Source: a virus
Taxonomy: Duplodnaviria; Caudoviricetes
Length of the DNA: 41,200 nucleotides
Direction: 5' to 3' (one strand)
Virus record (IMG/VR): IMGVR_UViG_3300029179_000009
Location: 1-41,200 of that record
Shown: one piece after another, positions 1-9,615 of the stretch
Layout of the letters: each line of letters starts with the position of its first letter
Position numbering within the stretch: the stretch's first letter is position 1
Translations under genes and position numbers: made by a program
Notes under the pieces: generated by a model
What the model was told of the DNA's origin: nothing
Databases searched by the model: none
Seen by the model: only the letters and a program-made list of their open reading frames with translations

Positions 1-214
1 CTAACATCCAGAACAACCGCTAATAGCTATACTCAAGGTCATCACTAGGTGGCCTTTATGAATATCTATTGAATGGAGGTGTATTGTGAGTAATCGTAAT
101 CCAATGAATGAAAAGAATGTGCCGATTGACGTTCGATATAGTGAACTCGGTGCAAAACCTACTGATGAACCACAGATTTCTAAGCGACCAGACTTTCAGA
201 TTTTCACTGATGAT
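1..214. repeat. Contig terminal overlap (identical to 40973-41186); circular-assembly redundancy
   Basis: Direct sequence identity read by eye; falls at the gp14/gp16 junction, not at the biological genome end. Confidence 0.95.
22..70 (+). promoter_or_regulatory. RNase III processing stem between gp14 and gp16 (duplicated at 40994-41042)
   Basis: ACTCAAGGTCA-loop-TGGCCTTTATGA, matching the T7 R1.1-type motif. Confidence 0.85.
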
Positions 215-3200
215 GCCGCTGATGAAATCGCTGGGCCGGTAGACCTTGAGCGTGATACGTCCAAGAAGATTGAAGAGTTTGACTGGTCTGAGGCAACCTT
301 CGGTTCCTTATCTCGTGGTGCTCAAAGTAGCATCCTTGGGACAGCAACCCGTGTGGGTATGGATGATGGTGTTGGTGCAGCGATGTCCCACCTGTTCAAC
401 CTTGCGGGGACAGACCAATACATTCCTGATGCTGAGGATGAACTCGCGTTGATGAACTCTGATGTGCCACCTAGTGCGTATCAATCCTTGTTCCGTGGGA
501 CAACCACCAAGGAAGAGTTCAATAACAAGATGAAGACCATCGGTGATAACCTGAAGATGCAGCAAGAGTCGGAGAAGCACGGTCTTACCGGTACGCTATT
601 CCACGGTGTGGGTGATGCAGTCGGAGACCCTCTGAACTATGTCCCTATCGGTGGTGCTGCTTTGAAAGGTGGCAAGATTCTTAATTCCTCAATTGGCCGT
701 GTGATGGCCGCAAATGCTGGCGTAGCGGCTCTCTCTGAGGTAACTCTGCGTAACCAAGTGACTGGCCAAGAGGCTGACATTCTGGGTGCTGCTGGTGCTG
801 CGGTCTTCTCTGGCCTACTTGGTGTTGGTGCTAATGGTCTGAAGAAGATGTTAGGCTCTGCTGAGGGTCGTATTGATGCCTCAGAGACTGCCAAGAATCT
901 GGGACTTGATGACCCAACCGTAAAGCAGAATCATGATGGTACAGCCAAAGTGATTGACAACGGTGATGGAGACCCTATTGAGATTACCGAGAGTGGCCGC
1001 GCAATGTCTGCTGGGATTGTCCCACCTAAGGCTCGTGCTCAGGGCCGCTTTTGGAGTAAGGATGTTGCCACTGTCACAATGCAATCGGATGATGGTGTAG
1101 CCCGTACTCTGGGTGCTATGTTCTTTACTCCTGTTCAGGGATTGAAGGATGGCTATCAGGCAGCACGGGCCACAGTGGAAAACTTGTACCGTAACCTGAA
1201 CTCCAAGGATGCAGACCTGTCGATGCAACTTCAGGATACCCTTGACGAGTTATCAGGACGAAGCCTATTCAATGGTCAAGCCCAAGCCCGTGCCGACCTT
1301 CAGAAGCAACTCTATAAGTATGTCAATGGGGATATTGATGGTTCCACCATTCCGACTAAACTCCGTGAGATTGGTGATGCTATCTCGGAGAATCTAGCGT
1401 ATAAGGCGAAGTTGCTGGAAGACCCAAGTATCCTATCAGGTGTGAAAGGCGCTTCTGTGCATAAAGGGTTTATCAAAGGGAAGTACATTTGGAGACGCTA
1501 TAAGGCTTCCGCTGTGAGTAACCTAAAGGCCAAGTATGGTGCTGAGGAAGCTCAGGAGTTGGTAGCCAAGGCGTGGATGGATGACTTCTCCCGCGCGACT
1601 AACCTGAATGAAATCCTTGAGATTATTGGTAAGGGATACCCTGAAGGGACGAAGATTACCGATGCGATGGTAGAGAAGTATGCTCATGATAAAGCCTACG
1701 GCATCATTAATAATGGTGATGACATCGGTGGGATTAATGCCCAAGTGGATGACTATGGTGGTATCGGAGGGTCAGACTTCTTCAAACATCGTACACCTTT
1801 TGGTAACTCTGGGAAGGCAACTGCAAGTGATGGCTCAACGTTCTCCTTTGAGGACTTGCTGGATTACAACGTAGAGAACCAGTTCCAAGCGTACTCCCGT
1901 GCGACTAATGGACGAATCTCTGCGGTAGGTGCCACAGGTAAATCACTGGATGACATTGATGCAACCATTAAGCAGATTAAAGACCCAGAAGCTCGTAAGG
2001 CTCTGGAAGAAACCATGAAGACCCTGCAAGGGGGGCCTCGTCAGGCTTACACCACAATGGACATCATTGCGGATACTCTGCGAGATGCGACCTTTGCGTT
2101 GTCTTCAGGTATGATGTCCCTAGCGAATATCTTTGAGATTCAATCGAACATGTTCCGTAAAGGGATTATGCCTGCTGTAACTCGTGAGCTGGAAGCTGCT
2201 ATCAAAAATGCCACTGGTTTGAGTATTCGTGACATCCATAAGATTGCCGGTGATGACCTCAATAAGCAGTTTGCTGACCACTTAATGGGACGCGCTGTGT
2301 CTCTGCGTATTGCTGTACCATTTGAAGAGTACGCTGAGGGATTGGCCAGACGTATGGGTACAACCCTAGAGGATTCCAGTGGCTTCCAGAAGATGATGTA
2401 CAAGGCTCGGTATGGTGCCGCTAAGTTCTCGGAAGGAATGCCAACTACGGGTATGCTAAACAAGACTCAAGAAGCTATTGTCAATGGGTCTAACACGGTG
2501 GGTATCTCTGAGATGGTCAGTCATGTGAATGGACGAGGGAATAGTTACTTATTCTCAGATGCCTTCCTGAAGACCAACCAGATTAGCCGTGAAGTGGCAG
2601 ACCGTGCGCAAGCCTTTATGAAGGAGCACACCGCTAAGGGAATGGACGCTGTGGATTGGAACCGTATGGCGATTGACCCACGGGCTTCTGATGTTCGGAT
2701 GATTCTGAATGCTTGGAATGACCAAAACATCATGAAGACTACCAATCTGGGACAGACCTCATATACGCCTCTGGCATGGTATGGACGATTGTTCATGCAG
2801 TTCAAGAAGTTCTCCACGGTATCCACTCAGTACATGGTCAAAGCTGGTCACAGTGCTGGTCAAGGTGATGTGAATACCATGATGTGGATGCTTGGCGGTG
2901 CTATCGGTTCGGCAGGTTACATGTTGTCGTCCACAATGGCTAACACCATCGGGATGACCGAATCGGAGCGTGAGCGTTACCTCAAGGATAACCTCTGGTC
3001 TGATGGGAAGTTTGCCGCAGGTACATTAAAGCGTCACCCTCTGATGGCTGGCCCTGCAATGATGCTTGACTTGGCTAACGTAGCATCACCGAAAGACCTG
3101 CCTTATGCTGGACTCGGTAAGACGACTGCGGAAGACCTGATGAAGCCAGACACAAAACATCAACGCTGGTCAGGGTATAATCCTCAGGCATACCTTGCCC

Positions 3201-3466
3201 GTGGGTTCCGTGAGGCTCAACAAATGGTTCCATCGCTACGTCATCTCATGAATGTGGGGAAAGTGGGTGTGAACTCTGCGGCTCTCACGTATGACTCTCT
3301 GGTTGACTCCAATGCACTGAACCGGATGGAAGAGCAACGGATTATTAAGAATACGAATAAGGCCATGCGCCAATTGATTCCTAACGTCCCTGCTCTCCGG
3401 CCAGTGTACGATAGTCTTATGGAAGGCTTCGGCGTAGAACGTGAGAAGTACAAGTCCCCTAAGTAA
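86..3466 (+). CDS. gp16: Internal virion (ejectosome) protein, T7 gp16-like, apparently without the N-terminal transglycosylase domain
   Basis: 1126 aa; GGAGG RBS before GTG; DPLNYVP motif resembles T7 gp16 DPLSYVP; virion gene cluster. Confidence 0.8.
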   Translation: MSNRNPMNEKNVPIDVRYSELGAKPTDEPQISKRPDFQIFTDDAADEIAGPVDLERDTSKKIEEFDWSEATFGSLSRGAQSSILGTATRVGMDDGVGAAMSHLFNLAGTDQYIPDAEDELALMNSDVPPSAYQSLFRGTTTKEEFNNKMKTIGDNLKMQQESEKHGLTGTLFHGVGDAVGDPLNYVPIGGAALKGGKILNSSIGRVMAANAGVAALSEVTLRNQVTGQEADILGAAGAAVFSGLLGVGANGLKKMLGSAEGRIDASETAKNLGLDDPTVKQNHDGTAKVIDNGDGDPIEITESGRAMSAGIVPPKARAQGRFWSKDVATVTMQSDDGVARTLGAMFFTPVQGLKDGYQAARATVENLYRNLNSKDADLSMQLQDTLDELSGRSLFNGQAQARADLQKQLYKYVNGDIDGSTIPTKLREIGDAISENLAYKAKLLEDPSILSGVKGASVHKGFIKGKYIWRRYKASAVSNLKAKYGAEEAQELVAKAWMDDFSRATNLNEILEIIGKGYPEGTKITDAMVEKYAHDKAYGIINNGDDIGGINAQVDDYGGIGGSDFFKHRTPFGNSGKATASDGSTFSFEDLLDYNVENQFQAYSRATNGRISAVGATGKSLDDIDATIKQIKDPEARKALEETMKTLQGGPRQAYTTMDIIADTLRDATFALSSGMMSLANIFEIQSNMFRKGIMPAVTRELEAAIKNATGLSIRDIHKIAGDDLNKQFADHLMGRAVSLRIAVPFEEYAEGLARRMGTTLEDSSGFQKMMYKARYGAAKFSEGMPTTGMLNKTQEAIVNGSNTVGISEMVSHVNGRGNSYLFSDAFLKTNQISREVADRAQAFMKEHTAKGMDAVDWNRMAIDPRASDVRMILNAWNDQNIMKTTNLGQTSYTPLAWYGRLFMQFKKFSTVSTQYMVKAGHSAGQGDVNTMMWMLGGAIGSAGYMLSSTMANTIGMTESERERYLKDNLWSDGKFAAGTLKRHPLMAGPAMMLDLANVASPKDLPYAGLGKTTAEDLMKPDTKHQRWSGYNPQAYLARGFREAQQMVPSLRHLMNVGKVGVNSAALTYDSLVDSNALNRMEEQRIIKNTNKAMRQLIPNVPALRPVYDSLMEGFGVEREKYKSPK

Positions 3467-3504
3467 CTTAACGTGGCCCATTAGGTTGGGCCTAAGGAGA
3501 TTAA

Positions 3505-5757
3505 ATGGCAACTAAATTACAACAAGCATTAGCTGGCGTTAATCCACCTAAGGTTCCACTCTCTGAAATCCGAGGGAAAACCTTTCAGGCACAACAGCAA
3601 CATGCAGTGAACATCCAACAGACTAACTTAGGGCAGCAAATCCCAGAGTTAATCAAGACGGGTGGTAAGATGTATGGGCAATATGTGGATGCAAGCTGGG
3701 AACAGGCTAAGCAGGTTTATGATGAAGCCAAACTGGCTGATAAAGACCCACTAAAGGTGGCCGCTGAATATGCAGGAAAGGAGTCTAACAACCTCTTGAC
3801 CCGCACCAAGGCAATCCTTCAGGAGTCTTTAGGTATCGACCCTCTGGCTTATACCCGTGCTTATACCGCTGAGAAGTATGCTGAGAACCAAGCCTTTCAG
3901 ACTGACGCAATGATTCAGGAGAAGATTAAGGCAGGTGACTTTGCTACTGTGGAAGACATGAAGACCACCCGCCAGACTCTACGCAAGGATATTGCAAAGG
4001 ATGTGGCTGGGTCGGTTGGCCTGAAGTCATCCAATGCGTTCATCCTTAAGGGTGCCACGAAGAATGAGCAACAATCTGAGCAAGCCTTGGTGATGCAGCA
4101 AACCGCTGTTGAAGACCAGAACCTGCGAAATACCCGTAAGCAAATGGCCATCGAGAGTTTCAACACTATGTTGAATCAAGGTGTCCAAGACCCTGCGGTG
4201 TTCAAGCAGTTACTGGATGATGGCTTGACTGATGGCACATTCAACACCTCTGAGCACTACCAGATGATGGGTCAGTTTGCACAGTCACTAGCGGATACCG
4301 GTAACACTTCCATCCTGAATGGGTTCCTGAACCAGTCCATTAAGTTGGGCAATGGGGAAACCAAGAAGTTTGGTGATGTCTTACCTGTGGAAATCCGTGA
4401 TGGCTTGTTCCTCAAGGCTGACGAAATGTGGCTAGAGAACAACAAAGAGTTATACGATAAGTATAGCCGTCAGCTAGGCATGGTTAGCGTAGACATGGAA
4501 AATGGTAATACCGGTTCTGCTATGGCCCGTATTGACCAACTTGATTCCCTGCTGAATGCTAACCAAGGGTCTGGCCGTGTGACTTCCCAGATGAAACACC
4601 TAATGCAACTTCGAAATCAGGTGCTTGTAGGTGCAGCTCGTCAGAACAACATCAAGAAGGCTGCTAACGATAAAGTCGCTAAGGATATGAAACAGCAAGG
4701 TGATTACGCTGAGGCCATCACAACGGCTATGATGGGTGGTATTGCAACTACCGATTGGTCAGCTATGAATATCTCCCAAGAGAATGCTATGGTGGCTACT
4801 CGTCAGATGATTGACCACATTAACCAAAGCGACTTAGCACCAGAGCAGAAGATGCGACAAATGGGACAGTTAATCTCCGTGTTACCAGACCGAGCGGAGG
4901 CACGTAAAGCCTTCTCAGAGTTTGCACAACGTGGTGTGGATGCTGCAACTCAGGCGTTAGCGCAAGCACAGTACAGTAAGACTGGTGAAATCCCTCAATT
5001 ACCCGTTGAGTCAGAATCACTAATCAAGCAGTACAAGAACGACCCTGCGTTATTCCAGAAAGTTGTGAGTCCTCAGGTCTTTGAACAGACCGCAGTACTG
5101 GCAAATGGTGTGGATAAGGTAGGCTGGGACACCTATGCTCGTTCTAAGGCTCAACCTTTAGCGTTCACTCAGAATGATACTGATAACTTCACTGGGTATG
5201 TGCAAGACCTTCAACGGTCACAACTGTTCAGTGGCCCTCAATTGGACACCATTATGACCCGTGCTAAGGAGAATGTTCGTTTCAACCCTGATTATAAGTC
5301 AGACCCTGAAGCGGCTATCAAGAGGGCAGTACAAGAGGCGGCACTGGAACAACAGCAAATGACTGTCCAGATGTCCAAAGGTGTAGACCTAATCCCTCGC
5401 TCTGTGTTGATTCCATCCGGTCAGGCCGAAGCAGTTCCTCTGGTTCAGGCTCAGTTAGAGGATAAAATCACTAAGTACCGCGATAAGGCAACCTTAGAGG
5501 GAGACCGAGTGTACGTCACTCATGATACCCAAGGCCGCATCGGCATTATGTCCACGTTCACAGGGAAATCCCTTGAGGTGACATCCGCAGAGACTCTGCT
5601 ACGTGAAGCCGGTGACAATGTGAATGCCCAAATGGAGGCCCAAAAGATTCGCAAGAAGGCTGAGTTCGATAAGGCTCTTCTGAAAGCCCAGCTCACTAAG
5701 TCAGGACAAGATGGTCGTATCCGTCCGTCTGGTATCCCTAGTAATGCGAAGTATTAA
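3505..5757 (+). CDS. gp15: Internal virion (ejectosome) protein, T7 gp15-like
   Basis: 750 aa (T7 gp15 is about 747 aa); N-terminus MATKLQQALAG resembles MSKIESALQA; AAGGAG RBS. Confidence 0.75.
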   Translation: MATKLQQALAGVNPPKVPLSEIRGKTFQAQQQHAVNIQQTNLGQQIPELIKTGGKMYGQYVDASWEQAKQVYDEAKLADKDPLKVAAEYAGKESNNLLTRTKAILQESLGIDPLAYTRAYTAEKYAENQAFQTDAMIQEKIKAGDFATVEDMKTTRQTLRKDIAKDVAGSVGLKSSNAFILKGATKNEQQSEQALVMQQTAVEDQNLRNTRKQMAIESFNTMLNQGVQDPAVFKQLLDDGLTDGTFNTSEHYQMMGQFAQSLADTGNTSILNGFLNQSIKLGNGETKKFGDVLPVEIRDGLFLKADEMWLENNKELYDKYSRQLGMVSVDMENGNTGSAMARIDQLDSLLNANQGSGRVTSQMKHLMQLRNQVLVGAARQNNIKKAANDKVAKDMKQQGDYAEAITTAMMGGIATTDWSAMNISQENAMVATRQMIDHINQSDLAPEQKMRQMGQLISVLPDRAEARKAFSEFAQRGVDAATQALAQAQYSKTGEIPQLPVESESLIKQYKNDPALFQKVVSPQVFEQTAVLANGVDKVGWDTYARSKAQPLAFTQNDTDNFTGYVQDLQRSQLFSGPQLDTIMTRAKENVRFNPDYKSDPEAAIKRAVQEAALEQQQMTVQMSKGVDLIPRSVLIPSGQAEAVPLVQAQLEDKITKYRDKATLEGDRVYVTHDTQGRIGIMSTFTGKSLEVTSAETLLREAGDNVNAQMEAQKIRKKAEFDKALLKAQLTKSGQDGRIRPSGIPSNAKY

Positions 5758-5778
5758 TTAACCATCACAATAGGGAGA
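5756..5778 (+). promoter_or_regulatory. Phage RNAP late promoter (phi17-like)
   Basis: AATTAACCATCACAATAGGGAGA followed by a GGGAGAC...GTTTCCC 5' hairpin. Confidence 0.93.
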
Positions 5779-5818
5779 CAATCCCGTTTCCCTTTGTGTT
5801 TACTTAAGGAGGTGCTGA

Positions 5819-7603
5819 ATGACTGGTAAAACATTAGCTCCGAGTACAATCACGGTAGTTGCCTTGAGTGGTCAGACGGATTTCCCTATCCCTTTTGACT
5901 ATCTGGCTCGTAAGTTCGTAGTGTTAACCTTGCTCGGTCGTGACCGTAAAGTGTTGACCCTGAATACTGACTATCGGTTTGTCTCAAAGACTGTTATCTC
6001 ACTGTCTAATCCAAGCCCTGTAGGGTATGACAAGTTGGAGATTCGCCGTGAAACCTCTGCGACTGAACGATTGGTTGACTTCCATGATGGTTCTATCCTT
6101 CGTGCGTATGACCTTAACCTGTCCCAAGTGCAGACACTCCATGTGGCAGAAGAAGCCCGTGACCTTACCGCTGACACTATTGGTGTTAACGATGATGGTG
6201 ACTTAGATGCTCGTGGTCGTAAGATTGTAAACCTTGCTGAAGGTCTGCGCGGGTCTAATGATGCCGCTAATATGAAGCAGCTTGATGAATACGATAAGTC
6301 TACTCTTCAGAACCGAGACAAGGCGATTCAAGCCCGTAATGAGGCTGAACAGTTTGCCCGTAATGCTCACGATTCAGACCAACATGCTGGGTCACAGGCT
6401 GCGCTGGCTATCAATAACGCCAACAAAGCGGAGCAACAAGCTGGTATCGCTACGACCAAAGCGGCTGAGGCTGCTAAGTCTGCTGCGGATGCTGATGCGT
6501 CCTACAAGAAGATTGTTCCTTTAGAACAGTCCACTGTGGCTAACGCTGGGTCTGCTGCAAGTAGTGCTCAGGTTGCTGAGGATGCTCGTGATGTGGTGCT
6601 GCATGTCCGTGACAGCGTAGGGGCTATGCCTGTAGGTGCGGTCGCTATGTTCACCACTGCGACACTCCCTGCTGGTTGGTTAGCGTTGAATGGTCAATCC
6701 TTCAGCGTGACTGCTTACCCTGCGTTGGCTAAGATTTTCCCTAATGGGGTCTTACCAAACTGGGAGAACCGTCAACCTAAAGGTGCAGGCTGGGAAGTTA
6801 AACTCGGTGAGTTCAAGTCATGGGAACACTTCATGCCTGCTCACGGTCACAACTTTAGTGCCACTACGTCTGCTGCTGGTCTTCACAATCATGGGCGTGG
6901 GACAATGGAAATCTATGGTGAATTTCATGGTAGCCATGCTTCTCTTATCAGGGGTAATAGTACCTCAGGGGTATTCCGTACTGCTGGAAACTTTGACCCT
7001 TACCGCTTATCCATTGAGAGTAATTCCGCAGGTGGTTATCAAGGTGCAAGTTTTGCTGCGTCTCGTAACTGGACAGGTGTTACATCTGATAACGGAAACC
7101 ACACCCATACAATCTCAGGGACTACCGCAACCAATAGCTCTGGTACTCGTATCGAGACAGACCGTGTGGGTGTAGTCTTCGGGATTAAAGCTGCTGGTGG
7201 TGCCACAAGTGAAGATTTCATCAATGTGTCTCAGTACGAAGAGCGTCTCCGTGCATTGGAGAACGATTTTGTGCGTGGTAGTAACGAGAATGGTTCCTAC
7301 ATCAAGTTTAATAATGGACGCCTAGTTTGTGAATTTAATGGAAGCGTACAGCAGGCCGTGGTGGATTCATATGCCGCAGGGACGACTCAACTGTATCAAT
7401 CAGTTCGCCGATGGGACTTCCCCTATCCATTCTACCGTCAGCCAATTACCACTGTTGGGCGTTTCCACTGGGGTAATGGTGCATCATGGGGAACAGTAGC
7501 TGGTGGTGGTGCAGATTATGCCACGTTGCGTATCTTTGACATCGTACAGCGAGCCTCTGGCCCTACTGAGCTGATTGTTCGTGCTGAAGGCTGGTGGAAA
7601 TAA
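5819..7603 (+). CDS. gp17: Tail fiber protein
   Basis: T7 gp17 N-terminal anchor (FPIPFDYLARKFVVLTL, DGSILRAYDLN); tail-collar motif PVGAVAMF..LPAGWLALNG; His-rich fiber repeats. Confidence 0.93.
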   Translation: MTGKTLAPSTITVVALSGQTDFPIPFDYLARKFVVLTLLGRDRKVLTLNTDYRFVSKTVISLSNPSPVGYDKLEIRRETSATERLVDFHDGSILRAYDLNLSQVQTLHVAEEARDLTADTIGVNDDGDLDARGRKIVNLAEGLRGSNDAANMKQLDEYDKSTLQNRDKAIQARNEAEQFARNAHDSDQHAGSQAALAINNANKAEQQAGIATTKAAEAAKSAADADASYKKIVPLEQSTVANAGSAASSAQVAEDARDVVLHVRDSVGAMPVGAVAMFTTATLPAGWLALNGQSFSVTAYPALAKIFPNGVLPNWENRQPKGAGWEVKLGEFKSWEHFMPAHGHNFSATTSAAGLHNHGRGTMEIYGEFHGSHASLIRGNSTSGVFRTAGNFDPYRLSIESNSAGGYQGASFAASRNWTGVTSDNGNHTHTISGTTATNSSGTRIETDRVGVVFGIKAAGGATSEDFINVSQYEERLRALENDFVRGSNENGSYIKFNNGRLVCEFNGSVQQAVVDSYAAGTTQLYQSVRRWDFPYPFYRQPITTVGRFHWGNGASWGTVAGGGADYATLRIFDIVQRASGPTELIVRAEGWWK

Positions 7604-7635
7604 GGATTAACAATAACAACTAGAAGGAGAAACTT

Positions 7636-8631
7636 ATGGACTGGAATTTGGATGGAAACCGTATGAAAGGGACTTCCCTGTGGTGGAATGGGTGTTCAGG
7701 CGGGATGACTAATGAGGGTAAATACAAGATGTGGTACTTTAAGCCACCTCTTCCTCACATCCATGATGCCTACACTGAGATTTTCTACAGTGATAGTATT
7801 GACGTCCAGAGCTACTATGTGGTCTGGAAAGCTAAACTTCCTGTATCCGATGTCGCTCGTGACGCTTTATACAACTTGATTGTGGATGCGTTCCTTGACC
7901 AAGGTGGTGGTGGTTCGGGTGCTATGACCACCGAGGGATTCTTCAAGATGTATGCCCAACCACTATCTAATGTGGAAGCTGGTCGCTCACCTGAAGGCAA
8001 CTTAACGTTGAATACTCGTCAGACCAAAGTTCCCAAGACGGATATTGACATTATGGGTGCCTTGATGTGGCCAGAAGGTGTCCGTGCGCATATCCTTTAT
8101 GATGGCACTGTGAATAACCCACCTATCATGATTCCGCTGGGTATCTGGGCAGGTAAAGCACTAGGTTGGCAGGTCGATAAAGGCGTGAACGTAGTGCGTA
8201 CACCTGCTGGTTATACCACCACTGATGGCAATAAGGGTATCTATGGTGTGGACTTCAACATGAAACTTACTTCCTCTGGCTGGAAACCACCTATCCTTGT
8301 GAAACGCAAGAAGGTGTATCGTGCTCGTGGCGAGACTGAGTGGAAAGTTGCGACTCAATATCCTGATTACACTTGGGATTCTACCGTCTCGGAAATCATT
8401 AAGGCCCCACCACTGTTGACAGCTCTTGGTCTGGGTTCGGAGCTGAAGTCTGCTCCACCGGAGACTGAAATGCAGTGTATTACCGAGTATGTGGCACTGG
8501 AAGGTGGCGTACTGGGCAAGCACTTAGTGACCTATGACGAGAATCCGCCTACCGATACCTTCTATGGTCGAATCAAGATTGACTCACGTTACCTCGTGTA
8601 CACTGATGATAACTCTTCCTTCGACTTCTAA
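7636..8631 (+). CDS. Hypothetical protein, probably tail or receptor-binding associated
   Basis: 331 aa ORF with AAGGAG RBS directly after the tail fiber; function inferred from position only. Confidence 0.6.
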   Translation: MDWNLDGNRMKGTSLWWNGCSGGMTNEGKYKMWYFKPPLPHIHDAYTEIFYSDSIDVQSYYVVWKAKLPVSDVARDALYNLIVDAFLDQGGGGSGAMTTEGFFKMYAQPLSNVEAGRSPEGNLTLNTRQTKVPKTDIDIMGALMWPEGVRAHILYDGTVNNPPIMIPLGIWAGKALGWQVDKGVNVVRTPAGYTTTDGNKGIYGVDFNMKLTSSGWKPPILVKRKKVYRARGETEWKVATQYPDYTWDSTVSEIIKAPPLLTALGLGSELKSAPPETEMQCITEYVALEGGVLGKHLVTYDENPPTDTFYGRIKIDSRYLVYTDDNSSFDF

Positions 8632-8660
8632 TTAACCGGAAAACGATAAGGAGGCACACT

Positions 8661-8801
8661 ATGAAGATGAAAAAGCGTGTAGTTGCTGCAATTGTTGGCG
8701 CTGCTCTGTTAATTCTGGGTGCCATCCTTGGGTTAGACCTTGCAGATTTAAACGTACCGTTCACTGAAATGGCCTGTTCCGTAGTGGAGTGTACCCAATG
8801 A
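8661..8801 (+). CDS. Small membrane protein, T7 gp19.5-like (46 aa)
   Basis: AAGGAGG RBS; MKMKKRVVAAIVGAALLILGAILG...ACSVVECTQ; hydrophobic N-terminus and terminal CSxxxC like gp19.5; not in the ORF track. Confidence 0.65.
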   Translation: MKMKKRVVAAIVGAALLILGAILGLDLADLNVPFTEMACSVVECTQ

Positions 8802-8992
8802 GTTTAGAAATGAACTTCGGGGATGCAATCATCAAGGCCGCACCTATTGGTGGTGTGGTCGCTACTGACGTAGCTGCTCGTGTATGGGGTCTTACCCTCA
8901 ACGAATGGTTTTATGTGGCCGCTATTGGGTATGTGTGTATCCAAGGCTGGGCGTTAATCTACAAGACTCTCAAGGAGGCAAAGAATGAGTAA
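8798..8992 (+). CDS. gp17.5: Class II holin
   Basis: IIKAAPI and GLTLNEWFYVAAI match T7 gp17.5; ATG overlaps the upstream TGA. Confidence 0.92.
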   Translation: MSLEMNFGDAIIKAAPIGGVVATDVAARVWGLTLNEWFYVAAIGYVCIQGWALIYKTLKEAKNE

Positions 8993-9221
8993 AGCATTAG
9001 AGTTAGTTCTACAGGAACTGGCATCGGAAGAGGCTCGCCTGCTGCTGGAAGATATGAAGAATCCAGAGAAGCGTACCCCTCAGTTCTATCAGGCTGTCCA
9101 CCGTGTGTTGGAACGCTATAACTTCAATATCAGTAAGGTACAACCGGATGAATCAGTACTGGGTGATTTAGCTGCTGCTATCCCAACTCTGACTGACGAA
9201 GACATGTACCAGTCCCACTAA
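8985..9221 (+). CDS. gp18: Terminase small subunit
   Basis: LLEDMKNPEKRTPQFYQA..LER..FNISK.QPDESVLG matches T7 gp18. Confidence 0.9.
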   Translation: MSKALELVLQELASEEARLLLEDMKNPEKRTPQFYQAVHRVLERYNFNISKVQPDESVLGDLAAAIPTLTDEDMYQSH

Positions 9222-9233
9222 GGAGGTGTCATT

Positions 9234-9425
9234 ATGACTCTTATCCAAAAGCAGGGCGCAATGTGTGCCTTTATTATGATGACCACTATGGCTGTAGGTG
9301 TTGTCACCGCTAAGCCTTCCCATAACGTACAACCTAAGGAGGTATCCCGTGTCATTCAACATCAAGAAATTCCTAATCGTATGCCTATGTACCTTGAGCC
9401 TAGCTGGGTGCGTGATTGTAAGTGA
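9234..9425 (+). CDS. Small protein with N-terminal hydrophobic segment, candidate minimal i-spanin
   Basis: AAGGAGG RBS; at the gp18.5 position; overlapped by a lipoprotein ORF. Confidence 0.45.
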   Translation: MTLIQKQGAMCAFIMMTTMAVGVVTAKPSHNVQPKEVSRVIQHQEIPNRMPMYLEPSWVRDCK

Positions 9426-9483
9426 CAGTCCTAATGCAAGCCCTATCATCGAAGGCGGGTCACTGCTGGAAGTCCACTTATGA
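9349..9483 (+). CDS. Small lipoprotein, candidate o-spanin (44 aa)
   Basis: AAGGAGG RBS then GTG at 9349; MSFNIKKFLIVCLCTLSLAGC signal peptide with LAGC lipobox. Confidence 0.65.
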   Translation: MSFNIKKFLIVCLCTLSLAGCVIVSDSPNASPIIEGGSLLEVHL

Positions 9484-9491
9484 AAGGAGTA

Positions 9492-9605
9492 ATGCGTGAG
9501 CTATTCCCTGCACATCTTGGTGCTGTGGATTACCCTGTAGCTATCATCTTCTATGCCGGAATGCTGAGTGCCATTGCTGGTGCTATCCAAGGCATGTTCA
9601 CCTAA
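9492..9605 (+). CDS. Small membrane peptide (37 aa)
   Basis: AAGGAG RBS; [37 protein letters not shown]; fills the gap before terminase. Confidence 0.55.
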   Translation: MRELFPAHLGAVDYPVAIIFYAGMLSAIAGAIQGMFT

Positions 9606-9615
9606 GGAGGTGCCT

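Noticed and set aside
1-214. End duplication as the biological terminal repeat
   Set aside because: It cuts through gp14/gp16 coding sequence; end-type signals lie at about 11774
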